A stretch of DNA of 64,000 bases. Origin: Haliotis rufescens (Eukaryota). Where the stretch lies: the NCBI RefSeq assembly GCF_023055435.1, contig NW_025963868.1, forward strand, positions 11,656,001 through 11,720,000, written 5' to 3'. Under the pieces are notes generated by a model. The model searched no databases, was not told where the DNA came from, and saw only the letters and a program-made list of their open reading frames with translations. A program made the position numbers and the translations under genes. Positions 13,400 to 26,271 of this stretch are shown piece by piece. Each line of letters begins with the position of its first letter. The first letter of the stretch is position 1.

Positions 13400-14600
13400 T
13401 TGATCATTTGATCCACATATGTCACATGTACTTTTTGTTCGGTGGATTTGGATACATTTCGCGCACAAGTTTTAAATTACAATCTGGAATCACTTCCCAT
13501 TATGTCCACTAATTCATTCATCTGCTGCTACGTTTAATATCCGTTTCTTCAAGTCCGAGTATCTAGGATATATCCAAACACTTAGTCTATTTAGCTCATT
13601 CCGTGTGTATTTGTAGTACTGTTTTCGAATCGACAATTTACTGCAACATGGTGGCCACACCATTCCCTCACTGCGATTGCCCGTGCTGTGTCAAAAGCAA
13701 TGTGAACAGACATATTCGCCTTCATCTGGTTCCACAATGAAATCTGTCTGTGACACTGATTCACTAATCCCAAGACTCGGAACTGAATTTGTCAAAGTTA
13801 CTGTTGCACTTGCAAAGTCACCAATGTCATAATCGAAATGACCAAGGCTCCCCTGATAATCTCGAACAATTCTGCGTCAAATTAAGCGTCACATGTAACT
13901 GTTTTGTTGCTCATATTGAAGACAAGCGAACTTGCAAAGTTCTTGGAAGTTGTAAGCATCAATCCAACTTGTATGCGCTCAGGGGGCGTGGTTGCTTGGA
14001 AATCGCTTGCTCAGAATAGGGCAAACAAAAAGTTTTCGATAGTAATTAGAAGGAATCCGCAGTGCAATCCAAAGAGGCTGTGTACATGGTGTTTTTAAAT
14101 AAAAGTATTCACGAACACATTTTTTATCCTAAAAATGGAAATTAATTTAAAACTTCATCCCGTGGTCATAACTATTATCACGTGGGTGGATATTTCTGCG
14201 GAATCTTGTGATGACGCCGTGTTTATTACATTGTTGAAATCAATTGACCAGGAACATTGTCGAGGCATTGACATTATGACAGATGCTCATCATGGATGGA
14301 GAGAAAAAAATGCATCTCAGAACAACATTGTTGCTTTGAGCTTCGAAACAAAATATGTGTTTATTCCGAAGTAGTTACAAGAGAGGAAGATTCGTGTAGC
14401 CAGCGACCTGAATAATCTTCATGAAAATAATGTTGAAATCCAAGGACACGCAAATGGCAGAATTAGTGTGAACATGTATGTATCTGAACATCGTTTCGAA
14501 GTATGTGATGCTGTCCGAGTTCTTAATCTCGATTCCGACGTGAAATAAAATAAAGGTTTCATGTCTCAATTTATCCTGCGGCTGTGGAAAATGTGCACCG
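13400..14600. mobile_element. Possible decayed DNA-transposon coding remnant
   Basis: Protein-like fragments (GIDIMTDAHHGWREKNASQNNIVAL; IAVREWCGHHVAVNCRF) with many stops and no paralogue among the receptor genes; family not identified. Confidence 0.3.
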
Positions 14601-16346
14601 ATCTAGTTAAATAAATACTACTAGATCTACCATTGAACCGTCATAAAAAAAACTTTATCTTTCTTAAGTTGTTTATTTCAAAATCGCTTCCGAAGCAAAG
14701 CGAATCAATCTACATCATAAAATAATTTATCGACTAGATTCTAGTACCAGTAAGTGTAGCACCAATTAACTTTTTCTAAATGTCATAAAATAACTTACAC
14801 AAATATTGAAAGACATTTTTTTTATAAAAAATATTATTTTTTTTGTCAGCCCGCTCTCTGGTTAGTTGAGGTTTGAGAGGAGAAACTCATACACAACATA
14901 TGGATAGCCTTATGCAAATGACAATTGCGCTGCCAATCAACAGGGAATCTGGGTCACGGGGACCCGCAAAGTTTCACGGATAGAGTGATTTCGCCATGAG
15001 GAGCCCTCGGTCAAGTGTGACTTTGCCAAAACACATTGCTACTGGGCAATGAAAACATGTGATGGAAACGACAAATAACTACTTTCATCACTTGAACATA
15101 TTTTGTACCATTACCAGGGATTTTCCCGATCGTTGCCATCCTGATTCCAGATGAAGCCAAGACGAACACAACGAAAAAAACACTGTTGGAATCACAGATT
15201 ACCGTGTGTATTGTGTGAAATGCTATTCATAAACTGCAAATATGCCGTACACCACAGGATTACATTTGGTGCCGTGATACATAATATGGTGTTTTGTTCA
15301 ACAAAACTACTCTTATTCATCACGACAAACGTATTTCGTTCTCGTCCAGAGAATAGCGCAGGACTAAGTTTTGTGTTGGACTGGAATAAAAACATAAATC
15401 GTGGACATTCCACAGCATCATTTTATGAAGATTTGAAGACGACATAGCAGGTAGGTTTTGAAACCAAACGTTACGCGTTTGTTGAAAAGTGTTGGAATCG
15501 TTTGATGGATATTTATTTCCATTAAAACTTATATCTTGGTTGTGAAACGGCCCACTTGGGTGGGTGTTTACATGACGTTACCCGTTTACTCGTTAACCAA
15601 TGAAGTTTGTATGTTAGCATGACGTCATATTGACCTGTCAGATCACTCATAAAAGTTCCGCCCACTCAGAGTGCGGTAGTTTCTACAGCAAATGCCCGTT
15701 TAACGTCTTTTGGTATCACACGGCCAGGCCCTGTCCATACTTCTTATTCTGAAGCCAATGATTTATTACCATGTTGTGTGTCACAGTACTATTATTACTA
15801 TTAGCTGATTGTTGTCTGTTTATCGCAGATCTCGGCAAACTGCCATGAGGAAATCTGGTTAATTAATCCCGAATGTGTCAGATCTGTTTGCACAATCTGA
15901 ACGTAATTTCAAGCTCAACACAATTATTTTTTTTCTCTCTGTGATGTGACCATATTTCAACAAGTATATTTTATATGATGTTAAGTTTTATCTGAGTGCA
16001 TTATATGCAAGAGCAAATGTACTCATTCCCGAGTCGGATTTAGTTTTTGCAAACACCAACACATCGGAACGTAATTTTGTCCTTGACATCCAAATATGCA
16101 AATATGAGTGGTATGTATTTATCAATGCCTAAATCGAAAAAAACAGCTAAAAGCGAGTGGATGCTGATTGTTGGACTGTTTCCTCCGTTATAAGGATGTA
16201 ATGCACATATAGTGGAGCACTCATGTTTGCTTACGAAGAATGCTTCATGTTGCACAGTGTGTTTAAAATGTGTTGTGACTTACGTCGGGTTATTTCAACA
16301 AAACCTTAAAAAATGTTGATGAGAGGATGTTTGATTTAGGAGAAAC

Positions 16347-19300
16347 ATGGACATCGGGATTCGCCTGATTACTCTGCTGTGCATAGGATGGATTGCGTAC
16401 ACACATAACAGTAGGTTTGAATATTAAATAATGCGAAAGGTTGAACCATTTGGATTTCATTGATGTAATTTAATAGTGATTGTAGCAGTTTATATCCGTT
16501 ATATTTCGTATTTGCATGTTACAGCTGGGTCGGCATTGTAAGTACACGAAGAACGACAAAGAATGTCACTGCATGTTTGTGTTCTGATTGCTTCTCATGC
16601 TGGTTGTATGTTGGAATGTTGCAGGTGGTTTCCCTCTGGAACTCACTCAGTTCAAGTCAGGCGATGATGTCACTTTAGTCTGCACCGATGCTAACACAAC
16701 TTTCAACATAGAGTTTACAAAATGGTACATGGATGACGTACGAGTTCTCACGTCAGTGTTTGCAGGGAATGTCTGTCAAAAACACCCACCCAACAGCCCA
16801 GGCGATACTCATGCATATCGTTACGACCTATACACTTCAACGGATGTCAGTGTAAGCTGTGGTAACACCCAACACAACATGACACTAACGACAACTCACT
16901 ACCTCCACGATGGGACTGTGTGGCGGTGTGAGGATCAACGCAATAGAGTCAGTAACAACCTTACTTCAGGTATGATCTTTTTTTGGCCATGAGCTCACAT
17001 TCCTTTACTTACATCTACGTGTTCTTTTGATCTCACACATCGTGTCAGATAGACGCTCCAACCATCTGACCACAGAGGCGATAAAATAAAATTTATTCTT
17101 CTAGAGCGTCGATATTGAGCTGGTAAATGCCACAATTAATTTATATTATTTATGTATGCAGATATTCAAGGTACTCTAGGTAGTTTTGTATATTACATTT
17201 AGAGAAACAATGAGACCTGTTATGCCATTCACATTAATGCTGGTAAAATCATCTTAACAATCGTAGGTCAGATACAATATCAGATAGTTTTAATAATCCT
17301 CTGTATATTATAGTTTGTACTTTTATATGTAAAATGTTCGAACGTCGTTTCACAATCACACTGAGCATAACTGATGTTGGCTCATCTAAAAGATTTTTCA
17401 AACAATAGTATTGTGTAATTCTATGTCCTCTATGATGGGCTAGCAAATTTCATAATTATTTGTTTTTATTATTTGTGTCGGCAGGCTTTGCAGTGACTAC
17501 CAATAACACAAGATCACAACTGACTGATTCAGCAACAACGTTGGCAAAACTTACAACTATCAAGATAACTACTCCCCTGAGCAACGAAAATCAAGGTAGT
17601 TATGTATTAGTCGTCAAAATTACCTTTGGCTACGATGTGTACGATATTTAGAAACAGTCAGGAATGTATAACACAACCGTATACGGACCCATGATCCAAG
17701 ACATACCCCCTTTTTGCATTGAACGGCATGTATTTGAACAGACGGTATTGTGATAAATTTCGGTGTATCAAAGCTCTTGATATTGCGGTTTTACACGATA
17801 TTTCATGGCTGCAGTTTACTCGAATAGGATACTGTCTTAGCTTAGTTACTGTGAATGAATGAACGATTATGAACAACAAAGTAAAATATAATGTTCTCAC
17901 CTCCAGACAAATAGCATGGAAAAAAACATTGATCATAAACCCATTACTGACGACGTGCTGTTTCACGCCTTCGAGTACTCGGGACAAATTGGATTCACTT
18001 GATTCTAGTGTTATTCGGCCATCATCACAATCAACGGATACGGACATACAGACAACTCCAGAATCTAGTAGTTACATGTAATCTCCGTCTCTGCATACCA
18101 TGCTTAAAACCTAGGTTTTGTACAGTATTGAAACAGAACAGGTAGCTCTAATCTGTAATATACATACATAAAAAATCACAGTCCCTTTTCGAAAAGAAAA
18201 CTTCCCAAATCAACCTAAGTCATTTGTGGTGAAACATTATCAAGTTAAAAACTTCAGGTCATAAATCCTTAACAACCCCAGCATATAGATTGATGTCATC
18301 AAATCCATCTGCGTGTATACAGCATGGTCTCTCCTCTCGCTATTATTGTCTCAGATCATTCAATACTTACACTCATTGCTTATGTACACGGACTCATACC
18401 TGAACCTACATAGACTTATACATGGACCAATTTAACGGCCAGTATATAAGCCCAGTATTTGTTTTCTCCTCAAGATAACACCATATGCATTATATTTTTT
18501 AAAGATCAACATCAACTTCATTGACATCACTAACCATGGCCCAGACACCCAGTATATGTTTTATGTTCAAGATGACACCATGTACATTGCTGCTGGGGCA
18601 GGAGGTGGCATCATGATCCTCATCATAATCGTTATCTGTGTATGTGTTGTTAGAAGGAGAAGAACGGTAAACGTCACGCAAGGTAAACTGCACTTCTGCA
18701 GTCGGAACATATTACTATTATTTGGTATCAGATTCCGATTTGATGTAAAGTGATTTGAAGATCAAACCAGAACATTCAGGACAACGTTAAGCATTTCAGA
18801 TGTAAATATTAAAGTTTCATCAAATATAAAAGCTACAGCTCTCATCTGTCAATTCATTTACTTATCCATCCTTATCATAAAATCGCTTATTTGAGCATAC
18901 ATCAACACATATCGCAAGAGTATTAACAACAGAAATATAATAAATTATGCAGTGAACAATGGTATTGGTCGTCATGTCTGTTCACAGCTATCAGCGATGC
19001 AGACAATGGTGCAGAGCTTTCAGAAAACCCAACTTATGTTAGGTGAGTAGAGTGTCAAGTGCTTCCACTGTATGTCACCTTTGAATTCCGTCACGCAACG
19101 CCCGTATGGGTCGTCTTCAGTATAGAGTTATGTTATTTCAATGTGGTCAACTGTATGTCTTTTCTAGCCTTTGCATTGGATTGTGACGGATACGATCTAA
19201 ACCTTGTGTCATTTTTATTGAGTAAGATTCATAAACACATGCTTTAGATATAGTCAGAACGGAAAATGGACTCTGCTTTCGGCACAGATTTCTTACAATT

Positions 19301-21198
19301 ATGGAAATGGTTTTGTTAGTTTTATTTGCATCTCACAAAACGTACTGTTTACAATGTTAATACTCTTTATATTCAGGAACCATTCACTGTGTAATACAAA
19401 CACCTAACCATGTAATATTGGTTTAACGATTTCCTTTATCATAGGAAAACTTTAATCACAAACGATTTAGTCCAGAAAAGTTTGCGTTATATTCACAATG
19501 AAACACGAAACATTATGGAATACTAGACATGTACTAAACTTTAGTTTGTTGTGAGCTTTCCTGAAGGTTATATTGGCCTACACAATATTGTGTGTGATTC
19601 TGTTCTCTCCAAGCTGTGACAGTGAAACAGCGCCTCAGCTTATGTGTGAACGAGTATCTCTGATTGGAGCTTTTACACAAGTCAATGGGATCAATAGTAT
19701 CATCTCAAATGTGATAAACAAACATTATTCATGAAACTTTTGTATGCCACTTTGCTATGATCACATTTACGTGTAGGTTTCTATGTAGTTATGGTTATTA
19801 TTATTTGCAATAATTTATTCCAGTGTTGAAACGATCAATAATTTAAAACAAAAATCCTTTTCAGAAATCAAGATGAAGCAGCTGACAACAAAGAGCTCTT
19901 AACTAGTAAGTCTTCACAGTTGTGGTGTTCTTCACTTCCTCACATATCTGACTACTGTATTTGAGTGGTGATTATAGTTAGAGTGTTGCCTTCTCGATGA
20001 AGCTGAATAATTTCGGGAAGAATTTAGGGTGATTATTATGTTGTTAGTTGTTGGAATATAAACACCATCATTCCATTTCTAACTGCCGCACCAGGCACGA
20101 CAACCGTACACCAGCCTGCTGTAGTTGGTGCTGTCAACGTTGACGATGTGTATCCTGTACCAGACAAAACACCCAAGCACCAGTCGGCTGTACGTAGTGC
20201 TGTCAACGTTGTCGATCTGTATGCTGTACCAGACAAAACACCCAAGCACCAGTCGGCTGTACGTAGTGCTGTCAACGTTGTCGATCTGTATGCTGTACCA
20301 GACAAAACACCCAAGCACCAGTCGGCTGCACGTGGTGTTGTCAACGATGGTGACATGTATGCCGTCCCGGACAAGAGACCCACACACCAGCCAGCTGTTG
20401 GCGGTGCTGTCAACGTTGATGATCTGTATGCCGTACCGGATATGTCAATGAAAACAAAGAACGGAACATGTAAGTATACACGGAAGTGTGACCGGACTAG
20501 GAGTTATAATGAGTCTCCTTATATGTTTGTCGTAAGAGGCTCTGAAAGGGTTGGATGATTTGGCTCGGTTGATTATTCGACTAACGGCATCGGGTGCTCA
20601 GAATCGGTGGCATGGTTCATGCATTGCATCGTATCCCAATTTCGTAGATCGATGCTTATGATGTCAGTCACTGGGTTGACTGGTCCAACTGGTCCCGGTG
20701 ATTTACAGACATCCGTCACAAAGGTGGAACATTACTGGATGCGCGGTTAATCAACAAACAAACAAAAAAAACTTGGTAGTTAATGTGTCATCGTAGCCGA
20801 ACGACGTGGAACGTTTTTCATAACATTAACCGTTGGTTTGCCTGGTCCAGACTCGACTTTTAAAGGACGATTACTGACTGTGGCGCAAAACAACGTACAT
20901 ACAAAATGTCACATCCTTTTAGGGATTTATGACTGACTGACTGAGTGAGTATGGTTCTAAACCGCTTTTAGCAATATTCCATCAATATCACGGCGGGGGA
21001 CACCATAAATGGGCTTCACACATTGTACCCATGTCGGAAATCGAACCTGGGTCTTCGGCGTGACGAGCGAACGCTTTAACCACTGGGATACCGCCCCCTA
21101 GGGATTTATGACAGCAAGACAATGTTGATGTTTGGACTGAATATATATTGTTGGTTGTTGCAGATAATTCTCGGTCCGAAGCCGACAGTGAAATCTAA
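16347..21198 (+). CDS. Gene B: single-Ig-domain type I receptor with NPxY and 5x YxVP-repeat tail (~384 aa)
   Basis: Exons 16347-16410 (leader MDIGIRLITLLCIGWIAYTHN), 16625-16969 (Ig), 17162-17179 and 17485-17595 (stalk), 18572-18682 (TM), 18988-19042 (ENPTYV), 19865-19905, 20095-20469 (69-bp repeats), 21164-21198 (YNSRSEADSEI*). Splice phases are compatible; 1155 nt open frame. Confidence 0.82.
20095..20445 (+). repeat. Coding 69-bp (23-aa) tandem repeat, 5 units (paralogues 38525-38805 with 4 units and 53588-53800 with 3 units)
   Basis: Unit KTPKHQSAVGGAVNVxDLYAVPD. Exon lengths of 375/306/237 nt differ by exact multiples of 69. Confidence 0.92.
20934..21098 (-). mobile_element. SINE family 1 with 14-bp TSD (last intron of gene B)
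   Basis: TSD tagggatttatgac at 20920-20933 and 21099-21112; empty site in paralogues D (~39290) and E (~54285). Confidence 0.9.
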
Positions 21199-21819
21199 AT
21201 GGAGGAAGTGACGTCAACTTAATCGGTGCAGTCATGGTTCTTGGCGACACAACGCTCACATTTGCCAGACAAACAAATTCAAATGGGGCCCTGCTCCTTT
21301 GGATGTTCTCCTTGTTTGGTATGTCTCAATCCCCCTCCTGTGATTAATCCCGTGTGGAACTTAGACATTATTTCAACGTAAAGAGTGTAACTGTTAAGTT
21401 GATATAAATGTACAGTAAACTGCCTTTATAACAAACACACTTATAAATTACGAACTGACGTAACACATTCACCTTCAACAAATGTGTCGGAATATTTTTT
21501 GCTCAAGTAGGACATTTTGAATTTACATTTTTATGGCTTTATGCTGTTTTAAATTGTTCAAGCTTTATTATAATATATTTAATCTAATAACCTTTTTGAA
21601 TGACACATTTATTATTGTATTATTTTGTTAGCATCTATACTTATTTCAATTGCAACAAATATTTATTTCGTTGTTTCCACTGAACACAGCTGACATGCAT
21701 CAGTGACGCCGGGATTTTCATCTAAAACTAACTTCACTTCAATTAACCTGCCTCAAAATATGTGCAGGCCATTGTGACATGATTAACACGTGATTAACGA
21801 CCAGGTTAACACGTGAATG

Positions 21820-23050
21820 TTCGCGTTATTCAGAAAGTTCTGTGTGAGCCTTGTCGTATGCGGTCTCGCCTTGTCTTGCTGAAGACAATGCCACGTTACT
21901 GTTGCTGAATGAATGATTCCACAACGGGTCTCAAAACTTCATCCCTATATCTCTAAGCATTCAGGTTTCCCTGAATAATAACGAACAAGGACATCACCGC
22001 AGACACCTCCCCAGACCGTGACGCTACCGCTTCTCTTTTCAGCTCACTCTCCCATTTCCATGTGCTAAACTGCCTTCAGCATTAAGCAAAAGGGAATCGA
22101 GGAGTTTAACTCAGTGCTGTAGGTACAGTTTTGCACATGTTCGCGTCCCTCTAACATGAAACTAAGGGCTATGAATGTAGACAACAATGAATTCCTGTAC
22201 ACGTGTTTAATTTCAGAAATTACATAACGTTTAGACGGGAATGCGACACGCTCAGGATTGTCAATGCGAATTCGTGAACAATTGCTTATACATGGTATAC
22301 CAAATAATTCATGTTCTGTAAAAGGTAATATCATGACATATGTAAGTTGGCAATAAAGAGTACTGCAATCATTCTCGTCAGATAACATTTTTTTATGAAA
22401 CGAGTTGACTTTCTATGGTATCTGACCGAGCGGTATTTGTAAATAGCCATGTCACAGACACGTACGTACTTGAGTGATGAAAAGTTCGTTACATGGAACA
22501 CAATTTGGCGCTAAACGTTCAGATACTCGCGATCGTCTGTATACTCGCTGTACAAGGAATATCTGTTCTCATCGGAGAACATGACGCGTCCCCAAGACTC
22601 TTGCTCTGACCTATGTCAATCTGTTACGTTGATGTTGACGTGTTAATATCACTCCGCAGTAGGGTCGACCTGCTCTGATACCACGTTCTCTTAATCTCCA
22701 CACTATCCCTCGACTCACCCTGTGTCCCAGTGCCGTCGCTGCCGTTACCGTCGCTGTAATAAGGCGATTTCGGAGATGATTGGACCGATAATTGGGCGTG
22801 GTCACTCGCTTCTACGACTGTCTGATGTCTGTCCTGTCTGTTGCAAGCGTTGCATTAATCTGTTGAAGGTGGCACGGGTGCACTGAAACGTTCTTGCAAT
22901 GGTGGCGTGGGTGGCTCCATGTTGCTCCCACCAACGGCTCTCTCCCCCTGTATAGATGTTAAACGTTCTGTTTGTTGATGTCGTCATATCATGCCGTATC
23001 CTCAGTTTTATACACCTCTTGTACACGTGCATTTCGCTCTTCATAGCCCA
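21820..23050 (-). mobile_element. Degenerate Tc1-like transposon remnant
   Basis: Fragments HATIARTFQCTRATFNRLMQRLQQTGQTSD (HTH), LRNRLITAT..LRERGIRAGRPYCGVILTRQHQRNRL, a degenerate MFSDE motif near 22575 and an ARPHT-type segment near 21860; many frameshifts. Confidence 0.75.
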
Positions 23051-25030
23051 AAGTCGTTTCGGTAAAATACACGATTTTTACAAATAATGTCATTTTTTCC
23101 ACTTTTTCTCACCGAATACATTGAGTTGTCCTCCGACATATTTAATTCTTAATTTATATTGATTTTGTCAAGTTATCAAAATGGTGAAAACTTTTTAAGT
23201 TGTATACCTTCTTTTGGACACTAGTTCATATCACATATTTGACGAATATTTGTGTTTTTATTTTTTGCACATTGTCCAAACTTTAATATTGTTAAAGCTT
23301 TTTGCAAGGACATGTTATTGTTAGTCTTGGTTGTCATGTTTTTGACATTTATACTTATTTCAGTGCAAAAAATATATATTTTGGATGTTCTCACTCCGGT
23401 CGTATCGCATAGGTCTGATTTTATAACGCCATTGTATATATTTGGCTACATTATGTGTCAGTGTTTTCAGTCGTATCACAAATGTCTAACTAGCGGAAAA
23501 TAGCGATCAGTTAAAATATTTATGAAAACCGAATATGAATATACCAGGAAAGTCGTTACAGAATATTTCAACAAATTTCAATGGGGCAGCTGATTCATTT
23601 ATGGCAGGGAAATACTACAACAGGGATTTGATAGAGTTTCAATGCGGTTTTCCTCCACCGCGTATCTCGGGCAACTCAAATCAATATTATCTTATTCGTG
23701 TATTGTGTAACATTCTGTCGCTTATCAGCAAGTTATATATTTTGAATTAAAAGATTCGTCGCACAAAGTACCTCACCAAAGGCTGATTGTCACTACAACA
23801 GGAACATTCAAATCATGCGAATAGAATATATGTCAGACATAACGGGGTTGAATATAACAAAATGTTGCTTATTATAAAATATATTTGAACTCCATTGGAT
23901 CATGTTAATAACGAACTGATTGTAGTCTCGTATATACATGTACTTAGGTACAAAACAGCATACTCGGAATTCTTTTTGTCGTTTTTACATAAGTATTCTT
24001 GCTGATGATGTTTATGCAAAGTTATAAATGTACTTTATTACTGCATGGTCCCCTGTATCATGTTTACAATGATTTATGTGTGCAGAAATAACACTTATTT
24101 GATTTTCACAATGTATTGTCCTATTGTTCAATCATTTACATTTCCACTCACAGGTTAGTCGCACAGTCGGTTTCATGTTGTCCTACATGTTGGTCAAGTT
24201 TAAGTGTTTTATTTTGACATGTGGATTTTACTTCCTTATCTGCTTTCGGCATGAAAAAAATATGCCTCGCCTGACGAACTGTGTTCTTTTCTCTCTGAAA
24301 CCTAATAATCAATACTTGTGATTATACATACGTGATTTGCCAAACCATCTAAATACGAACGAATTACACATCATAAATATATCAATAAAAGATAGCATTT
24401 GTACGATGAGAACATTAGCTCGAGGAAATATGACTGTACGCTCGGCCTGCAGCAACCCGACAGTACAAACGTTGAATGTTTTGTCTGTTGCATTACACAA
24501 GTCAGAGGGTGGGAAAAGGAAAAGGAAACAGTGCTTGATACCATACTCAAAGTCCCAAGTCACCGGGAACAACACACAACCAGCCAGGTTACGGTCCATC
24601 CGATCTCCTTTTTAATTAGTTTTTATTTATTTTGTGTTTGTTTGTGTGTTGTTTAACGCCGCACTTTATTCCAGCTGTATGATGGCGGTCTGTAAATAAT
24701 TGAGTCTGGACATGACAATCCAGTGATTGACATCATGAGCATCGATTTACGCAATTGGGATACGATGACATACGTTGGAATGACACAGCAAACGTGCAGG
24801 CTCGCTCGCCTGTTTTTTTCCCGCTCGCCTCGGTTCCACAACTTTCATGTCTTCTGGTTTCATTTCTAAACAGCATTTTTCCAAAAGTGTTGAATGTTTG
24901 AATTTGGCGGTAACTGACCATGTCATTTCAAACAGCCGCCTTTTCTCGAACATATTTGTTCCAGTTAGTTACAGTCTGACTGTTGCAGTTCTTGTCGCCT
25001 CTTGCCTTGATTGACAGGTCCGTATTGCAG

Positions 25031-25218
25031 GTGGTCTCCTCCTATCACTCACTCAGTTCCAGTCAGGCGTACATGTCACCTTAGTCTGCAGCACTACTGA
25101 CACCACTATCTACATGGAGTTTACACAAAGGTATATGGATGACGTACGAGTTCTCAACATCACAGGCGATAGTTATGCAAATAGTTACGACCTTTTCACT
25201 TCAACGGATATCAGTGTA
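25031..25218 (+). pseudogene. Truncated Ig-exon remnant of the same receptor family
   Basis: After ttgcag it reads GLLLSLTQFQSGVHVTLVCSTTDTTIYMEFTQRYMDDVRVLNITGDSYANSYDLFTSTDISV then TGA TGA. The core Trp is replaced by Arg, there is an internal deletion, and the F-strand Cys, donor site and leader exon are missing. Confidence 0.85.
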
Positions 25219-25456
25219 TGATGAAATTGCGTTCAAGATTATATCACAGAGTTAGCTGTTGTGTGTGGCTGTTTGTACTGGTCAGGATAAAATAGAATAA
25301 TCCCATCAGAGATACCATGCCACAGTTTTACATGAATACCCCGCATAGGTACATAATAACCCAAGCTCACCAATCCTTGTTCAGCCCCCTTATTACCAAG
25401 CGCCGCGCAGGATCACAACAAGCACAATGTTATATTCTTTTGATATGACGTGTAAT

Positions 25457-25613
25457 CGAGTATGGTTTTACGCCGCTTTTATCAATATCCCAGCAATATC
25501 ACAGCGGGGGACACCAGAAATGGGCTTCACACATTGTACCCATGTCGGGAATCGAATCTGGGTCTTCGGCGTGACGAGCGAACGCTTTAACCACTAGGCT
25601 ACCCGACCGCCCC
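25457..25613 (-). mobile_element. SINE family 1
   Basis: Full-length copy flanked by tgatat(g/a)acgtg. Confidence 0.85.
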
Positions 25614-26271
25614 TGATATAACGTGGACAGGGTTCGAGCCACTGACCTCGGGTTCTCGGGGCAGACGCTCTATCCACGTCCCCACAGAGGCATTTTTTTC
25701 CTGAAAAATAGAAGTTCACGCCCTGACGTTACAACTGGTTATGCAGCGAGCTTATGATTGCCTTCTTAGCATAAATGTCGACAGGTCACCATGAGGAAGG
25801 CTGGTTTGTCACTCCTCGTTGTGTCAAGATCGGATCACGAAACCTGAACGTCATTTCAAGTTCAACCCAAATTGTTTATTTAACCCGGCGATGAGAACTT
25901 ATTTCATCTCGGATATTGTTTATGATATTTAGCTTTATCTGAACAAGAACAAATGCACATTTGCGAGTCAGTGTTGGCGAACACCAACCCTTCAGAACGT
26001 ACGTGTCGAATTTGTCCTTGTTACCCACTTATACAAATATAACAGGTATGTATTCGTGCATACCTAAACCAGGAAAAACAGCTGAATGCTGATTGTAGGA
26101 ATATTTCCTCCTTTATAAGGATATATTTCATATTTGGTGGAGCGCTCGTGTTTGCTGGTGGAGAATGCTGCATGTTGCTCTGTGTGTATGTCATGTGTAG
26201 GGACTTCAGTCGGGTTATTTCAACCAAACCTTCAAGAATGTTGACGAGAGGATGCTTGCTTTAGGAAAAAC

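Noticed and set aside
16588-16624. Apparent signal peptides 'MLLMLVV.WNV' at the start of the Ig ORFs
   Set aside because: This is intron sequence upstream of the AG acceptor; proper ATG leader exons with phase-1 donors lie ~200 bp upstream.
17869-18081. Ser/Thr-rich ORF in a gene B intron as a third stalk exon
   Set aside because: No acceptor in a compatible phase, and the frame is not preserved in C/D/E; at most a decayed relic.
20095-20445. Repeat array as a CRISPR-like locus
   Set aside because: Contiguous units without unique spacers, eukaryotic context, no cas genes.
20036-20451. Overlapping ORFs in other frames and on the minus strand over the 69-bp repeats (also 38481-38891, 53517-53711)
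   Set aside because: Shadow ORFs of the coding tandem repeat; only the YAVP frame fits the splice phases.
26096-26110. NF-kB/Rel-like sites upstream of leaders (ggaatatttcc here and at ~33037, ~47724; gggaattcca ~47471)
   Set aside because: Short imperfect matches whose conservation is explained by recent duplication; insufficient evidence.
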